Shown piece after piece: positions 12,611 through 26,300 of a DNA stretch of 64,000 bases. The DNA comes from Camelus ferus (taxonomy: Eukaryota): the NCBI RefSeq assembly GCF_009834535.1, contig NC_045697.1:43340001-43404000 (forward strand). Direction: 5' to 3'. Each line of letters starts with the position of its first letter. The first letter of the stretch is position 1. The translations under genes and the position numbers were made by a program. The notes beneath the pieces are model-generated. The model was not told the DNA's origin and searched no databases. It worked only from the letters and a program-made list of their open reading frames with translations.

Positions 12611-14239
12611 CCATTCAAAAATGAGTGGATGGTTCCTAATTTACTATCTTTAAAGCATCATAAATTTACTTTTTCAGACACCTGCTTTCACCTATTCAGA
12701 GCTTGAAGCATTCCAGATTCTAACAGCTGTTCATGGACAGCTGGGAGGAATCACAATGCAGATACCAAATCATCAGTATAGCTCTCAAGCTCACATCTTC
12801 ACCTGGTTATGCGTTCCAGACAGCTGTGCCTTCTTGGAAATGCACTTGGCTTCGGAAGCAGGCCCTGTCTGTAGTACCTCTGTAGCATTCCAGAATAAAT
12901 ACGACGGGCCTTGATGTAGAGTAGAGTTTGTGCAAGTTTGTAATCTGTTTATGTTCTTTGGGGACTTCAGGGGACTCATTTTGCATTTGTAACAATGCTT
13001 CTTAGGGCCTCACTCAATTTCAGATCACACTGATTTTACTTTTAGTGAAAAAATAGTGCAGACCCTGTGATGGTGAAAAGATGAGTGAGGAAAATGTATA
13101 ACTCAGCATATGCTGGCAGCCAGAAACAAGACCCAGTGATGTATATTTAGGCTCACTTTTCCTGAACTGAATGCATGTTCTGCATCCAAATGTACATTAA
13201 CTTTATCTGTTGAGCCATTTTTTAAACTTGTCTGCTCTGAGATTTTTCTTAGCATTTTCTTGGGACTGTGACCAGAGGTAGAGCATTAGTGAATATCCAT
13301 GTTTCCTCATCTCCCATGGTGTATTTTATTCCATGCCCTTTGTTTTGTTTCTTTCCATCTGATTACTCATATGTACCCCTTTCCTGTACTCTATGTTGGG
13401 TGGGGGTAGATGGAGAAAGAAAATAAATATGCCCATGGTTGTCGCTAGTAGACACCAGTTTATAAATAGTACTGGTTTGACTGTGCACTGGTTTTCTGAA
13501 TACAGGAAGGTCAAGAAAAACATTTTCTTTTGAAATGAAAAAAGGAGGTTAAAACAAGAGTTTTAATAACAGGCTTGACACAGAGCAGTGTAATACCAAC
13601 ATGAATTACACTTGGTACCAGACTTTTATTGGAAGTCTTAGATTGCTTTGTTCCTGTCCCTGACATAATATTCAGAGTTGGGTTTATATTTGTCCAGAAG
13701 GGAGCTGCTTGCTATAGTCCATGCAAATCAAATGCTTGATTTATGCACCATTCTACTGGAGGGTGTAACATTAAATTTAATTTTGCGAGGAAAGCCTGAG
13801 GTGTTTCAATGCCTGGGCCTGACATTGTGAACTAGGCAGAGAGGTGCACAAGAATTCATCACAGTTTCCAATATGCGAAATGCAGCATTTGAATGAAACA
13901 TTTGTCTCTTGTCAAAAAGGCGGAATGTCTGCTCTTGGTAAAATATTTCTACCCCCACCCCTCAGGACACACCCAGCACATTTTTGGCCTTCATCATAGA
14001 TCTCGATGAAAGATGAGGGACTACAGGCATTTTGTGGACTGAGGGGGACATCGAAAAACAGCTGTCTGTGAAACGCTCAATAATCAGTAATAACAACCCC
14101 ACTATCTTCACCTTGACTGCTGAACGTTGCCACAGAAGGTCCGTGTGACTGTGCTCATCAGCCAGATGACAAGTTTGAGATGGTTCATCCTTAGCCGGAT
14201 GTGAGTCGCCTATCCTCCTGCTCATCACTGGTTGGCTCC

Positions 14240-14835
14240 CTTTCTAATTCCCCTACAGTGACTACTCAGCACTTACCCACGCTGTCCTCAGGATCACAAG
14301 CTCAATGCCGAACCCTCAGGCTCAGCAGAAATTTTGCTGTTTACTTCCAGAAGACCAAGGGTCCTCAGAAAGCAACACCATCAGCATTCCTTCCATGTGT
14401 TCCATACGCTTCTGCTAGTGTTGTTGTTCCTCCATTGCTCACGGAAGAGAGTCCAACCCCTTTAAAATGCCGGTAAGGCCTTTAGTAACCTGCCTTGCCC
14501 TTACCTTCCAGCCTCATCTCTTTCACATCCCACCTGGACTCTTGGCCTTCCGAGATGTATCACGGCCCCTGCTGGCCCCCAGCCTGGAATGACTTTCCCT
14601 ACTCCACCACTAGCAACGTCTACTTCTCTGTGAAGCTCTCCTCTGTCAAGAGAGACTTGCTTACTCCATTCATAGCCCTAGTATAAAAACAATATTATGT
14701 TATTTTTCCTGGGCCTGGCTTGCCCACCAGTTTTAAGTGCATCTTATTTAATTTGGGATCACCCAGAGCACCCAGCACAGAATCTGATACCTACTAGGCA
14801 CTCAGTCAGTGCTTCTGAAGTTAGATTGAATTCAA
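14240..14835 (+). mobile_element. L2 fragments
   Basis: aattttgctgtttacttccagaaga...cccagcacagaatctgatacctactaggcactcagt. Confidence 0.65.
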
Positions 14836-14957
14836 TGATCACTGTAATAGCCAGAGGGAAACAAATGTGTGTGAGGCAAAAAGAATCTACATCATCCCAA
14901 TTTTTCCTACACTTTGCCAAACTAATATGAGGTGAGCCAAATCATAGACCCAAACTT

Positions 14958-15557
14958 TTTTTTTTTTGTATTCGTAAATAGTGAGTCTTTATGGGATAAT
15001 TCCATTCTCCTAAATTCTTCCTCTGTCTCTTTTTTTTTTTTAACATTTTTTATTGATTTATAATCATTTTACAGTGTTGTGTCAAATTCCAATGTACAGC
15101 ACAGTTTTTCAGTTATACATGAATATATATATATTCATTGTCACATTTTTTTCTCTGTAAGCTACCATAAGATCCTGTGTACACTTCCCTGTGCTATACA
15201 GTATGATCTTGTTTATCCATTCTACAGTTTTGAAATCCCGTCTGTCTCTTTCCATCCTCCGCCTCCTTGGCAACCACAAGTTTGTATTCTGTGTCTATGA
15301 GTCTATTTCTGTTTTGTATTTATGCTTTGTTTGTTTGTTTTTGGGTTTTTTTAGATTCTACATATGAGATCTCATATGGTATTTTTCTTTCTCTTTCTGG
15401 CTTACTTCACTTAGAATGACATTCTCTAGGAGCATCCATGTTACTGTAAATGGCGTTATGTTGTCAGTTTTTATGGCTGAGTAATATTCCATTGTATAAA
15501 TATACCACATCTTCTTTATCCAGTCATCTGTTGATGGACATTTAGGCTGTCTCCATG
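14958..15557 (-). mobile_element. Young 5'-truncated L1 (15030-15557) with 3'-transduced segment (14968-15029) and second poly(A)
   Basis: L1 3' UTR motifs; two poly-T tracts (14956-14967, 15030-15041); exact 15-bp TSD catagacccaaactt at 14943-14957 and 15558-15572. Confidence 0.92.
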
Positions 15558-17449
15558 CATAGACCCAAACTTCTGTCTTTAGAAATTCTAGATCTGGAGC
15601 CTGGCAGTGGCAGAAATCAGCTGTCCTTTTGAGCTTTTTCTTTAATTATGTATGCATTTGTTTCAACCTATGAAATAAACACACATGTTCAAAGTTTAAA
15701 ATGTATCTTAATTTCCCAGTATTTTTTTTAAGTTTACATGAAAATAGGACTTGCTTTACTCCAATTTCCTGAAGAATCTTTCCTTACATACATGTGTCCT
15801 AAGACTCTCTTGGTCTAAATAGTCAGAAATCTTGATAGTCATGTTTCACTATTTAAATATTTAATCATACCTTTAACTAATATTGAGTACTTAAATAATA
15901 TAAATTCTTTAGACTCAACCAGGCTGACACAAGTTATTTAAAAATAACCACATCCTATGTGTGAACAATATCTAAATACTATGCCTATCAAAGTTCCATT
16001 GAAATATCTTTATTTACATTTTGTGTTGCCTCTTACTATGAAATCTGGGAGACTAACATTTAATTTTGGACTTAAAAAGAAAGTTAGAACATATCAGCAT
16101 CCCATTCTTGCCTTTGTTCAGTGAAAATAGGTGAGAGAAGGGCAAAGCCCGTTTTTTAAATGCCAGTCAGAAGCAATAAAATCACCATTCCAAACTGTGT
16201 GGCCAGTGGCCAAAAGTGACGAAAGGGATCCTGGTGTGGTGTGCAAGTCTGTGGACAGAAGAAACCAGGTCAAAAGAAAGAAACTCACTGAAATGTTGTA
16301 TCTTCAAATACTTGTTCAAAACAAAAGTACTCTGTCAGTTCATTATCACCCTGTCCCTCAGTTTTATTCTCCACTCCGCCTCCCCAGCATATACACACAG
16401 ACACACATGCACACCAGCTTCAACATCATTGATTCCAAGAGTTTTTAGGGTCTCTTGTCTATTGGGAGGTAAGTGAAAAGCAGGTCCTAGTTACATAAGC
16501 CCACGAAGGAAGGGAAGTCCATCTGCATTCTGAAACCGAAATGCAATAGCCTGTAGGAATGAAGTCACTAGACTAGAAATCAGAATTCTAGGATCAGCTC
16601 TGCCGTGCAGCAAGCTAAACATGTCAACTCAGACTAGTCCTTTCACTCTCTGAGTCTGCTTCTTTATGTTATGCTGGAACAGTTGGAGACAATATTCCCC
16701 TGTACTAAGGAGAAAAGATATTAGAGATAAAGGGAAAGAAAAGCTCTGCAGAGAGAATGAGCTTGTACAGTGAAGAGACTGTCTTAATGAGTAAGTTAAG
16801 AAAAATAAGGTTAAAGTGGAAGTGAAACCAGATTCTGGAAGGTGTTAAAAGCTGAGCTAGAGTTGGGAAGCTAGAACAGAAGGAACTGCTTTAAAATAAA
16901 GTTTCAATCTGATAACCCTATTAGTTAACTTCATTGTGGACAGAGAGGTGTGGTAACAGGAACATGAGAGGATGAAAATAATTAGAATACTAGTTGTAAA
17001 GATGAATTGCTAGGCAGCAAGTTCAGGGAAATCAAGTATTTTCCATAATGCAAATCTGTTCAACTAAACTTGAGCGATGGCAAAGAATAATTAAAGGCTA
17101 TTAAAGGGGACCAGCTCCCCTCAGAGTCAATCATCCCTTATAATTGGGTTGCTTCCATGGATTTTCTTGGGAATTTGAGTTACTATGCAATTAAAGGTAC
17201 CTATCATGTGAATTCAGACCCAATCCAGTCCCTTGTGCATCCAGAGTTAGAATGACATGTAGATGATGTAGCTCTTTTTAAAAATACTGCTAATGGGATA
17301 AACCCAACATTCACTTAAACTGGAAGATCAGTCTCTGAAATAAATATTTTATAGCATTTGCTTAAACCCATGAAATAATTGTCTTTGTTGATTAACACAC
17401 TTCTATCATACCCTTAACGACCATTAGACAAAGAAGGGCAACTATTGCT

Positions 17450-17700
17450 TACTGTTTATTGAGTGTTTTCCTTGTGCCAGGCATTGTTCAGGCACTTGAC
17501 ATGCACTGTATCATTTAATCATTACAAAAATCTCTGTGAGGCACGTACTATTATTATCCTCACTTCACAGATGAAGATACTCTGCACAGAGAGACTCAGT
17601 AATTTGCCCACATTTGTACCAAGAATCAGTGACAGACCTGGGAACCCAATGCTGCGGATTGGGTCCAGAGTCATTTCTCACTTCTAAATACACTGCCTCC
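17450..17700 (-). mobile_element. MIR SINE
   Basis: tttattgagtg...tgtgccaggcattgttc...tcatttaatc...cacttcacagatgaagatact...cacagagag. Confidence 0.9.
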
Positions 17701-18939
17701 CATCTGAAAGGGCTGGACCCCAGGGGCAGCCCGTGTTTTCTCTCCGCATCTACTCCACCCCCAACAAGAACAATTGCTGATGGGTCAGCTCACTTAGAGA
17801 CCAAGAACGTTATAGAAGGTGCAGATTTTTGTTACCCTTGTAACAGAATGCTCTATTAGAGATTAAACTTATCACACCAGAGCTCAAATCAGTCACCATT
17901 TCAACAAAAGACCTGTTCCCAGCAGCACACCACGGGTGGATGGTGCCAATGGTCCACCTTAGTCAATAATAAATACTCTTCCCAGAAAACTCTTGCTGTT
18001 CTATGTTTACAACATTTTCTGCAGATGGTGTTGTGCTTTAATTATATTTAAGTTTCAAATAATTACATTTGTATTTCTTATCCTTTGATAAACGTTATAT
18101 TCTACACAGAAGTTAATTCAGAGAACTACAATTACATAAGTCAGTTCAAACTAGCTGTGGCACAATTTGTGTGGTTCACCCCTGTGATACTACATATGTC
18201 TGTCTTGAAACAGTAGATTCTAAATAAACAATAATAGCACAGAGATTGTAAAGACAAAGAAATAGAGCTTGAGTTAGTTTAATTATACCATCCATTCCAA
18301 AGCAATAGATTAAATCATGCCAGTGTTTACTATCATTCAGAAAATTTATAATTTTTGCAGAAGATGAAAACCTCAGAAGTTTTTACAGAATATAATATAA
18401 CCAGAACAGAACTGCTTATTTGAGTCTGTTGGGAAGGAACAGGTCTAACACAAAAAGAAGGGGGTGTAGAGGATTTGCTTTAGGTTGAAAAATCTTGGGT
18501 TGAGTAGGACTTTTATGTTGTATCTTCTAAACTTTTCTCATGCTCCAGCAAGTCCCCAAACACCCGTAAGGGAGGCTGTGATGTTCTTAAGACCTATGAT
18601 ACCCAGTGACCATGAGACCAGCTATTCCGTCAGTGAACTGGGTTTTCCTGCAGCCCTGTGCGCACATCAACAGCTACAAACACAAACACAGCTGTCTGGC
18701 TGAATGGACTATTTCTCCATTTCTCCTCTTCCTCATTCCACTCACAAACAAACTGCTGAGATCAAAAAGTAACTTAAATGTCCTGGCATAAAAGCCACAC
18801 AATCAGCTGGGGACTCAAGTCTCCTTTCCTTTGTGTTTCATCAAAAAGAACTGGGATGCAGAGATAAACAAATGTTTGGTCCATTTTAGAAATCCTGTTT
18901 GCTGAGAAAGTACCAGGGCAAAGGGCAAACTTTACTAGA

Positions 18940-19130
18940 TTTTAAGGCAGGAGATCTAGGTTCCAGTCATACTTAAGTTACTGCCATAAGTTTGAGTAAG
19001 TCAAATTCTTACTAGGAAAAAGGTTTCCCATCTGCAAAATAACCTTAATACCCTCATGTGGTTACCATGAGGGTAAAATTAAACAATATGTTGTAGAAAC
19101 ATAAGGAATCATATAAACATAAAATAATAT
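18940..19130 (+). mobile_element. MIR SINE (degenerate)
   Basis: ggagatctaggttccagtc...gtttcccatctgcaaaat. Confidence 0.7.
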
Positions 19131-20190
19131 TGTTAGCCTTCCCTGAAATTAAATATATATATATACGTATATATATATATAAAGAGAGAATTCAGAAGAT
19201 TACAAGCATGTAGAAGGATTACAAGAAAATGTAGAAAGGACAGAAAAGAATGACCGATGAATATCCAAAAGTATGTTTGTAAGACATCAGAATAATTTTC
19301 TACCTTCCTGAGTTTGCTAGATAGAGTATTTAATAGCACTGTTAGGTATGTATTATTTCCTTTCATTTTAGGGATAATTAAAATAAGGCTTAGAGAGTAT
19401 TAATTCATTAGTTTATTCAACATGCATTTACTGAGCACCTCCAATTCAGGCCCTGAGAGTTAAGTTACTTTCCCAAGGCGACACCACAACCAGGCAGTAA
19501 AATCAGGATCCATACCCAGATCTGTCAGCGCTCCAAGCCCACTCCAACAGCAATGCTGGGAAGTGCCTGGAAGCTGTGAGGAATATTAGAGCACATACAT
19601 TCCCAACTCTCTCTCTATTCCAAGCATAAATAGAGGACTAAATACCATGGAAGAATCTTTGCATCATTAATAACTAAGAGGAGGTGGTGACAGGCTGCTG
19701 CTAACATTCCCAGATGACATAGTCAGCATTTTGGACGACAGAGCAGAATCCATTAATTCAGCTTAACAAGTATTTACTGCTAACCTAGGATGAGCCAGGT
19801 AACATGCTAGGTGATTGTGGAGATTAAAAACATGAGCCAAGTAGTCCCTGCCCCAGCGAAGCCCAAAAGCTGAAAGGGAAAACAGATGTAAGAAGGGATA
19901 AAGACCCTGAAGGACAGCTGGAGATCGTCTTTGACAAACTTGGTTCCCACACGTGAGAGACAGTCCCTGGGTATAACCCTGTATGTGTTGCTGTTACTTT
20001 TAATGTATGTGTGGAGGACACTGAAGTTTCAATGAGCTGAAGCAAGTAAATTTTGTGTCCTCAGTAGGCACATTATGTGAGATCTGGCTGAAACTCAAGT
20101 CATATTAAAAATAATCAATCTTTGGCTGTATATACTAACATTTTATCAGCACTTTATGATTCCCAAAACACTTCCCAAACACTAGGCACC

Positions 20191-20258
20191 TAGTGCCTAG
20201 GTGAGAAACTCAATGTTAGAGGATCTGTAAAGATGCTTTCAGCTTTGCATTTTACAAA
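20191..20258 (+). repeat. 68-bp dispersed direct duplicate of 23304-23371
   Basis: 63 of 68 positions identical with no gaps, by manual alignment. Confidence 0.95.
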
Positions 20259-23077
20259 GGAATTTATCCCTTCCAAATAAAAATACTGCCAGTTACTAAA
20301 AAGCATTGATAAATTCCCTTTCAGAAAAAGAAGATACAGAAATTCTGTTCTTCCTTCATTTTTCTTCTCCATACAAAAACAACCCTCATTAACCTATCCC
20401 CTCAAGTTTGTCAATATCGATAGTTTCATGTTAAACTGGTTTCCACTGGAGGTGGGGAATGTAGGGGGAAAATATATGCCCCTGCTTTTTTTTTAATATC
20501 CTGAAGTGTACCTGGCAGGCATCTTAGGAAAATGAGCCCCATGTCCATATGAAGATTCAGGATTATCAGTAAACTTGATAAAAGCTAAATTCTCTTTCCA
20601 AAGCATAATTGTCATCCAGGAGCTTTTCTCTCTCCCCTGTTCTCAATTCTTCATTACTATACATGCAGCAGTTAGCATACTGCAGAGCAGGAAGGCTTTT
20701 AATCTCTGAAGTTTAAAGTTTGTTAAAATGCACATAACTGTACATATTGAAAATCTTAGATTCCTCTGTATCCCAAATGCATAGGGGAACTAGGCTTGAA
20801 ATTAAAAATAAAAAAGGAAAGTGCAGTAAATTGTTCTGTTTCTCTCTGTGTCATATATTCATCAGGATAGAGCTGCACGACAAATTCAATGAAATAAAAT
20901 GAGTTTTTATAACTCCATGGAAGTTCTAGAGAAATATCTGAACTCAGTATTTGTCATGGACATTTGGAAAGACTTACTATCTCAGACCCAAAGCACTGAT
21001 GGCGAGTTCTATGAATATTAACAAAAAGTAACCAAACCAAGGGGCAAATGGTTCTCTAACATTCATTTCCCCCACCCCCCCTACTTTTTTTTTCCCCAAA
21101 ATAGTCCTTTGCCTCCTGAACAATTCAAGCAAATGTCTCATGCTTTGTGTCCTGAACTTGGAATTATACTTGCTAACTTAATTTCATATGGAAGGCTTTA
21201 GAACTGGAGTTGACTCAGAAGCCACTGATTACCTCAGTGGATATTTTCATGCCTGGACTGGAGTGAAGTGATCCATGTGCAGCAAGAATTGCTACTGAAG
21301 ATCTTGTCTCAGAGCAAATGTCAGTCACTGACGGATGTCAAATATGGGTACATGAAAGTACATGAACAGCAGGAACTCGTTCAGGAAAGGGGTCCACGGT
21401 GAAGAGAAGGGAATGAGCGTTTATGGAGTGTCTGCATGGGACCTGGTGCTTTGCTGCATTATATCATGCAGTTCTTCTCCTTGAGGTGAACATTATTATA
21501 TGCTCTTTACAAAGTAGTTAGTTCAATCAACAAATATTTTTGAGTATCCATTACATACCACATGTTGTTTATAAGTAAACCAGCCTATAAGGTCCTTTCT
21601 ATTATGGAGCCTCACTGGATGATATTATTTTGAAGGCCTTTAAATCTATATGGCATTTATGCATGTATATTAATAAAGGCTACCAAATCAGTAACTTGAC
21701 ACCCGTAATAACCTGATACACATTCAATATCTTTGAAGTGCTTTGTCAACTATAAAGCAAATATAACCTTCGCTTATAGGATGTGTTTAATATATTAGAA
21801 TGTTCCTGACCTGAAAAGTGGGGATAAGAATACTGACTCCTAGAATTGCCTTTAGGGTTACAGGAGATAGCATATATATTATTTTGAGCCCAACAAATAT
21901 TATTTGCCCCTCTATTTCACTTCCTTTCCGTCCAATTTATTGAACCACTGCTTACCATTAAGTGAAATGTAATATAAATATAATTTATATTGTCTTCCAA
22001 TGAGGGTAGATCAATAAATTTCTAAAGTAATGAAAAGAGGTCTTTTTAAGGCATATTTACATGAGATAATTCCATTGCCTGACATCCATGGACAGCATTA
22101 GAGAGAAGGTTTATTGAGTCCAAAAAACATACTTATGCATCTGTGCCATTCTATAATCTATAACAAAATATGAAGTATGAAATTACAGACCAGCTTTATT
22201 GCAGGAAACTTTCATTGAAGTAGTCTCTATATTCTTCTTCTAGTATATCTAAAACTTATAGTTTTAGAAAAACATGAGAAGGAAAACAGCAGTATTTGAT
22301 ACAACACAGAAAAGAGTCACTGACCCTACCATGAAGAAATATTTAGTAATAAATCTATGCTGAACTTATTAATGTACATGGTGTTTTCATTTTTTCTCTC
22401 TCTCGTCTTCATTTCTCATTTCTGCTAATTATCTTGAAGATAGTGCAGGATTTGGAAGAATTTATCATCAAAAATCTCCAGCAGATGGTGATAAAGAAAA
22501 GCTTTACCTTTCTCTATGATTTATACTTAGGATTCTCCCAGCAGTAAAAAAGATGCGGGGAACACTGTTCCTTCACCAGTTTGGCTACTTTCCCAGCAGT
22601 CTTTAGTGATGGTTGAATATTTACCAGTATTTTTTTTTTCTTCTTCCTGACCAACTCTGTCAAAGAAAATTCTAAAAGAGAGGCAATCTCAAAATAATCG
22701 CCTTACTAGAAATCAACAAACCTACAGGATCTTATTATTCAAACAACCGTTTCCCAAATTTCCCTAACATCCAAAGACAAGCCTGTGGAGTGTTTTAGTC
22801 TTCATTCCAAGAGCCAACATTGAACACTTTTTCTTCTTGTAATAAATACCCACAAGAGAGAAGATCTGAACAGTGTGTCTGAAAAAGTTCTTTATCTTGA
22901 TTTCCAAAAGCTTTTCAACATTCAGTTTCAAAGATGAAGTATCATTATGCATAATTACCTATGTTTTGTGATGATGATCCCTAGGAGAGTATAAAAAACA
23001 GTCTTGACATAGCCTTGTGACCTTACATATATGATTGCTCTTCTCTCTGCCTGTTTTTCAAGAGAGAAATGTTAGGC

Positions 23078-23326
23078 CAGTGGTGGTTCTCAACAAGACG
23101 CAATCCCCGCCCCCTGACACACACTCCACACCGCCATTCTCCCTTCCTTTGGGCAGTTGGTGAAGTCTAGAGACTTTTTTTTTGTTTGTAACAACTGGGG
23201 GATGCTACTGACATCTAGTGGGTAGAAGCCAGGGATACTTCTAAATATCCTACAATGCACAGGACAAACCCCACAGCAAAGAATAATCTGGCACAAAAGC
23301 CAATAGTGCTTAGGTAAGAAACTCTA
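23078..23326 (+). mobile_element. MER20 (hAT-Charlie DNA transposon)
   Basis: cagtgg..ttctcaac start; gctactgacatctagtgggtagaagccagggat...cctacaatgcacaggaca core; degenerate 8-bp TSD tgttaggc / tgttagag. Confidence 0.92.
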
Positions 23327-23819
23327 TGTTAGAGGATCTGTAAAGATGCTTTCAACTTTGAATTTTACAAATTTAATAGGTATATATATACATACACACA
23401 CACACACATATATATATACACACACACTATACAATTCATATTAAACCAAACTTTCAACTTAACTAAATCTCAAATTTGTTTTGAAGTTCTAACCAATGAA
23501 GAGGAAATGAAATAACTCAGCAGCTAGTCAATTAAGCAACACGTATGAAGTATCCACACTGAACCTGCAGCACTCGAGCAGGAAAAGATCTTAGGATGCA
23601 GTTCCAAATGAAATAAAAAGTCAGTCCTTGTGGGCTCCACCAAGAATAAACTCACTGGAGAACTGCTGGAAGACCTGCATGGTCTATCAACAGCCCTTTA
23701 CTTGAAGCCAAAATAAAGCAAGACAGTTGCGAAGAGCTAGTCCTTCTATAGAGAAGTTTATGAAGATTTTCAAATAATTTATTCCTCAAAGGAATAGGAA
23801 GGCAGTGAATCAGCGGAGG

Positions 23820-26300
23820 TGGCAATGGCAGTACACAGCAAAGGCTTAAACTATTCCCAACCCTTCCCTTAAAACAGCCAGAGCAACTATTAGCCCAGTT
23901 AAAAACCCATGGACTACATTTACAACAAAACGAGGTGACAAGGTATCCACATGATATTTATCCAAAATACAAGCAAGTGGGGACAAATCACCAACAGTCA
24001 CAGATGTGCATACTAACAATGTTCGTGCAGGAAGAAGCAGAGGAAAACAAAAGAGATCTACGGACTGAGAACAGGAGAACCCAAAGTAGCTAGCAGGTAT
24101 TATTGGAAATCATGGCAGGCCAATTTGAGAGCAGTGATTGACACTGGAATAATTTTGCTCAGTGTAGTAGTACATGTGCACAAGGAGTTTAAAGAATGAC
24201 CTAAAAGAGCTGGAGAGATTCAGCTACTATGCACATATGGAACTGACCAGTCAGGAATTGCTTCCAGGACAGGGTGCCATTTTGAGGAGTGGAATCCAAA
24301 TTAAGCAGGACAGGGACAATAGACATAAAGAAAGAAAATGGTCCAGATAAAAGTGAATCCAGGGAAAAATATCAAGAAATATCAGAAATCAAGCTAGCAC
24401 TGCTTTTTGATACTACATGAATGTCAGTAAACAATAAAACAAAAAGAGGAGCATTGTATAAAGTTAGAAAAGCTGCATGAATCATGTCTTATTGTAATAT
24501 TTCTGAAAAACTAAATTCACATAAAAATGAGCAGCAGAAAAGTACTGAGGTCTGTATTTTGGATAGTCACTATAAGAAAAATGATAATAAGGAGCAGAGT
24601 AACAGCCCTGTAGTCCAGACTGTCCAATAGCACTTTTGCCATGATGGAAATGTTCTCTATCTGTGCCGTCCAACACAGTAGCCGTTAGACATACGTGACC
24701 ATTGACTAGGAAGTCTGACAATCCAAATGTCTGATTTTATTAAATTTCAATTAATTTAATTTAAATAGCTACATGCTATCGTCAGATGTGACAGTAAAAA
24801 TACTTTATGTCAAAGGAAACCGAGTAGCTGATTTTAAATACTCAAGGAGAAACGTTATGAGGCGAAGATTTCAAATTTAGAAAAAACTGACTGTAAAGTA
24901 TAAAAAGGACAGACAGCAAGCAATAAGAATTCAGTTACTACTGTCCTCAGAAGTGCGTCTTGAGGAATCTACCACAGAACAAACATCAAACAAGCAAGAT
25001 GACTAGAAACCCATGGCAAGCATTAAATATAGAGTTATAGAGTTAAGATTTAGTGAGGATTGAAAGGGAGAGATTATAGTATGTAATGGCTACATGATCT
25101 GATAATGTAGATCCAGAACAACCATTAAAAAATGTGGCAAGTATGGGACCAGCATATGTAAAATAATACGTGTTATTTTTAAGTACTTACTATTACTAAT
25201 AATCACTAACTAATTATTTTTAGTTTTTTATGATGGGCAGTGGTAGTATTAGTATTGCTATTCTGACACAATTGTATATATAAAGAGAGATTAAAAAATA
25301 ATCATGGGGATTTTCTGATTCTATTAACCCTTGAGATCTAAGATTCTTGGTGTGAAACTAAGGAGACAGAGATATGATATAGATCCAGTTAAATAAAAGC
25401 ACTGTAATCCTAAACATAAATTGGAAATATTGGTATAAATTTATAAGTATGTTATGTTTTTATACTAAAACATTTATTCTGGCATTATTTTATATCTTTG
25501 TATTTATATAACAGTTTGTTATATGTCATGAATATTAAAACATACATATGTAATACAATAATACATAATAAATGTATTACATAATACAGCATATACATAT
25601 GTACGCCTATATAATATATATGTATAGTGTGTATATGTGTATATCCTAGCTCTGTCCAATAAAAAGGCCTGGAAAAATGACCACTCAAGCAGATATAAGG
25701 ATCTCTAGGACCCAAGCTGTGGTCTTGAAAAACCATCTCCATTAAAAGAAACCAGAGCTTCTTAAAAAGATATGACTGATTCAGGTCAGGATTAGGAAAT
25801 GTACATGATGACCTTGAAACGCATTGACACATCAAATGGATAGCAAGAAATCTATCTAAGACTAACAGAATCATGTCAAAAAGACTCGGAAACTAATTTA
25901 TAAGTCCCCCACTGGCCAAAGGTGAAACAATTTAAACTCCTATAGGGATAAGCCTTACAATGGATTAAAAATTATCAAATATATTTAAATTATGTTTGGA
26001 ATCCTTGAATTCCTAAGAGCCAGTTTATCTCGAATATGGGGTAAACATAAAAGACAGCATTATCAACAGATAACCAAATGACATATAAGGAGAATCATCT
26101 CCTTAAAAAATGTTTCTGGTTAGTAAAAAAAAAAAAAGAAAATGATAGAATTAGATAGAATGATAAAATTAGAGTAATACCGTTTTACAACCGAATAAAT
26201 CTAAGTATTGAGCATCAACAGCTGCTAACATCACAAAGGAACAAAAATTAGATTTGATATATCTTCTGGTGAAATAATACAATGCCAGGGAAATTGAACT
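23820..26300 (+). mobile_element. Old L1M fragments (L1MC-like 3' region from ~25000), interrupted by MER3
   Basis: tatcctagctctgtcca...accatctccattaaaagaaaccagagcttctt...gctcccactggccaaa-like motifs typical of L1MC3/4 3' UTR; the upstream part is less certain. Confidence 0.7.
24616..24796. mobile_element. MER3 (hAT-Charlie)
   Basis: ctgtccaatagcacttttgccatgatggaaatgttctctatctgtgc...aatttaaatagctacatg. Confidence 0.85.

Noticed and set aside
19153..19180. Perfect 28-bp palindrome
   Set aside because: An (AT)n microsatellite interrupted by CG; self-complementarity is trivial
23656..23700. 45-nt minus-strand mini-exon with ACCATG (MQVFQQFS) and CCA|GTGAGT donor
   Set aside because: AAG acceptor and weak exonic donor bases; splicing to the 7331 exon hits a stop within 10 codons; within chance expectation
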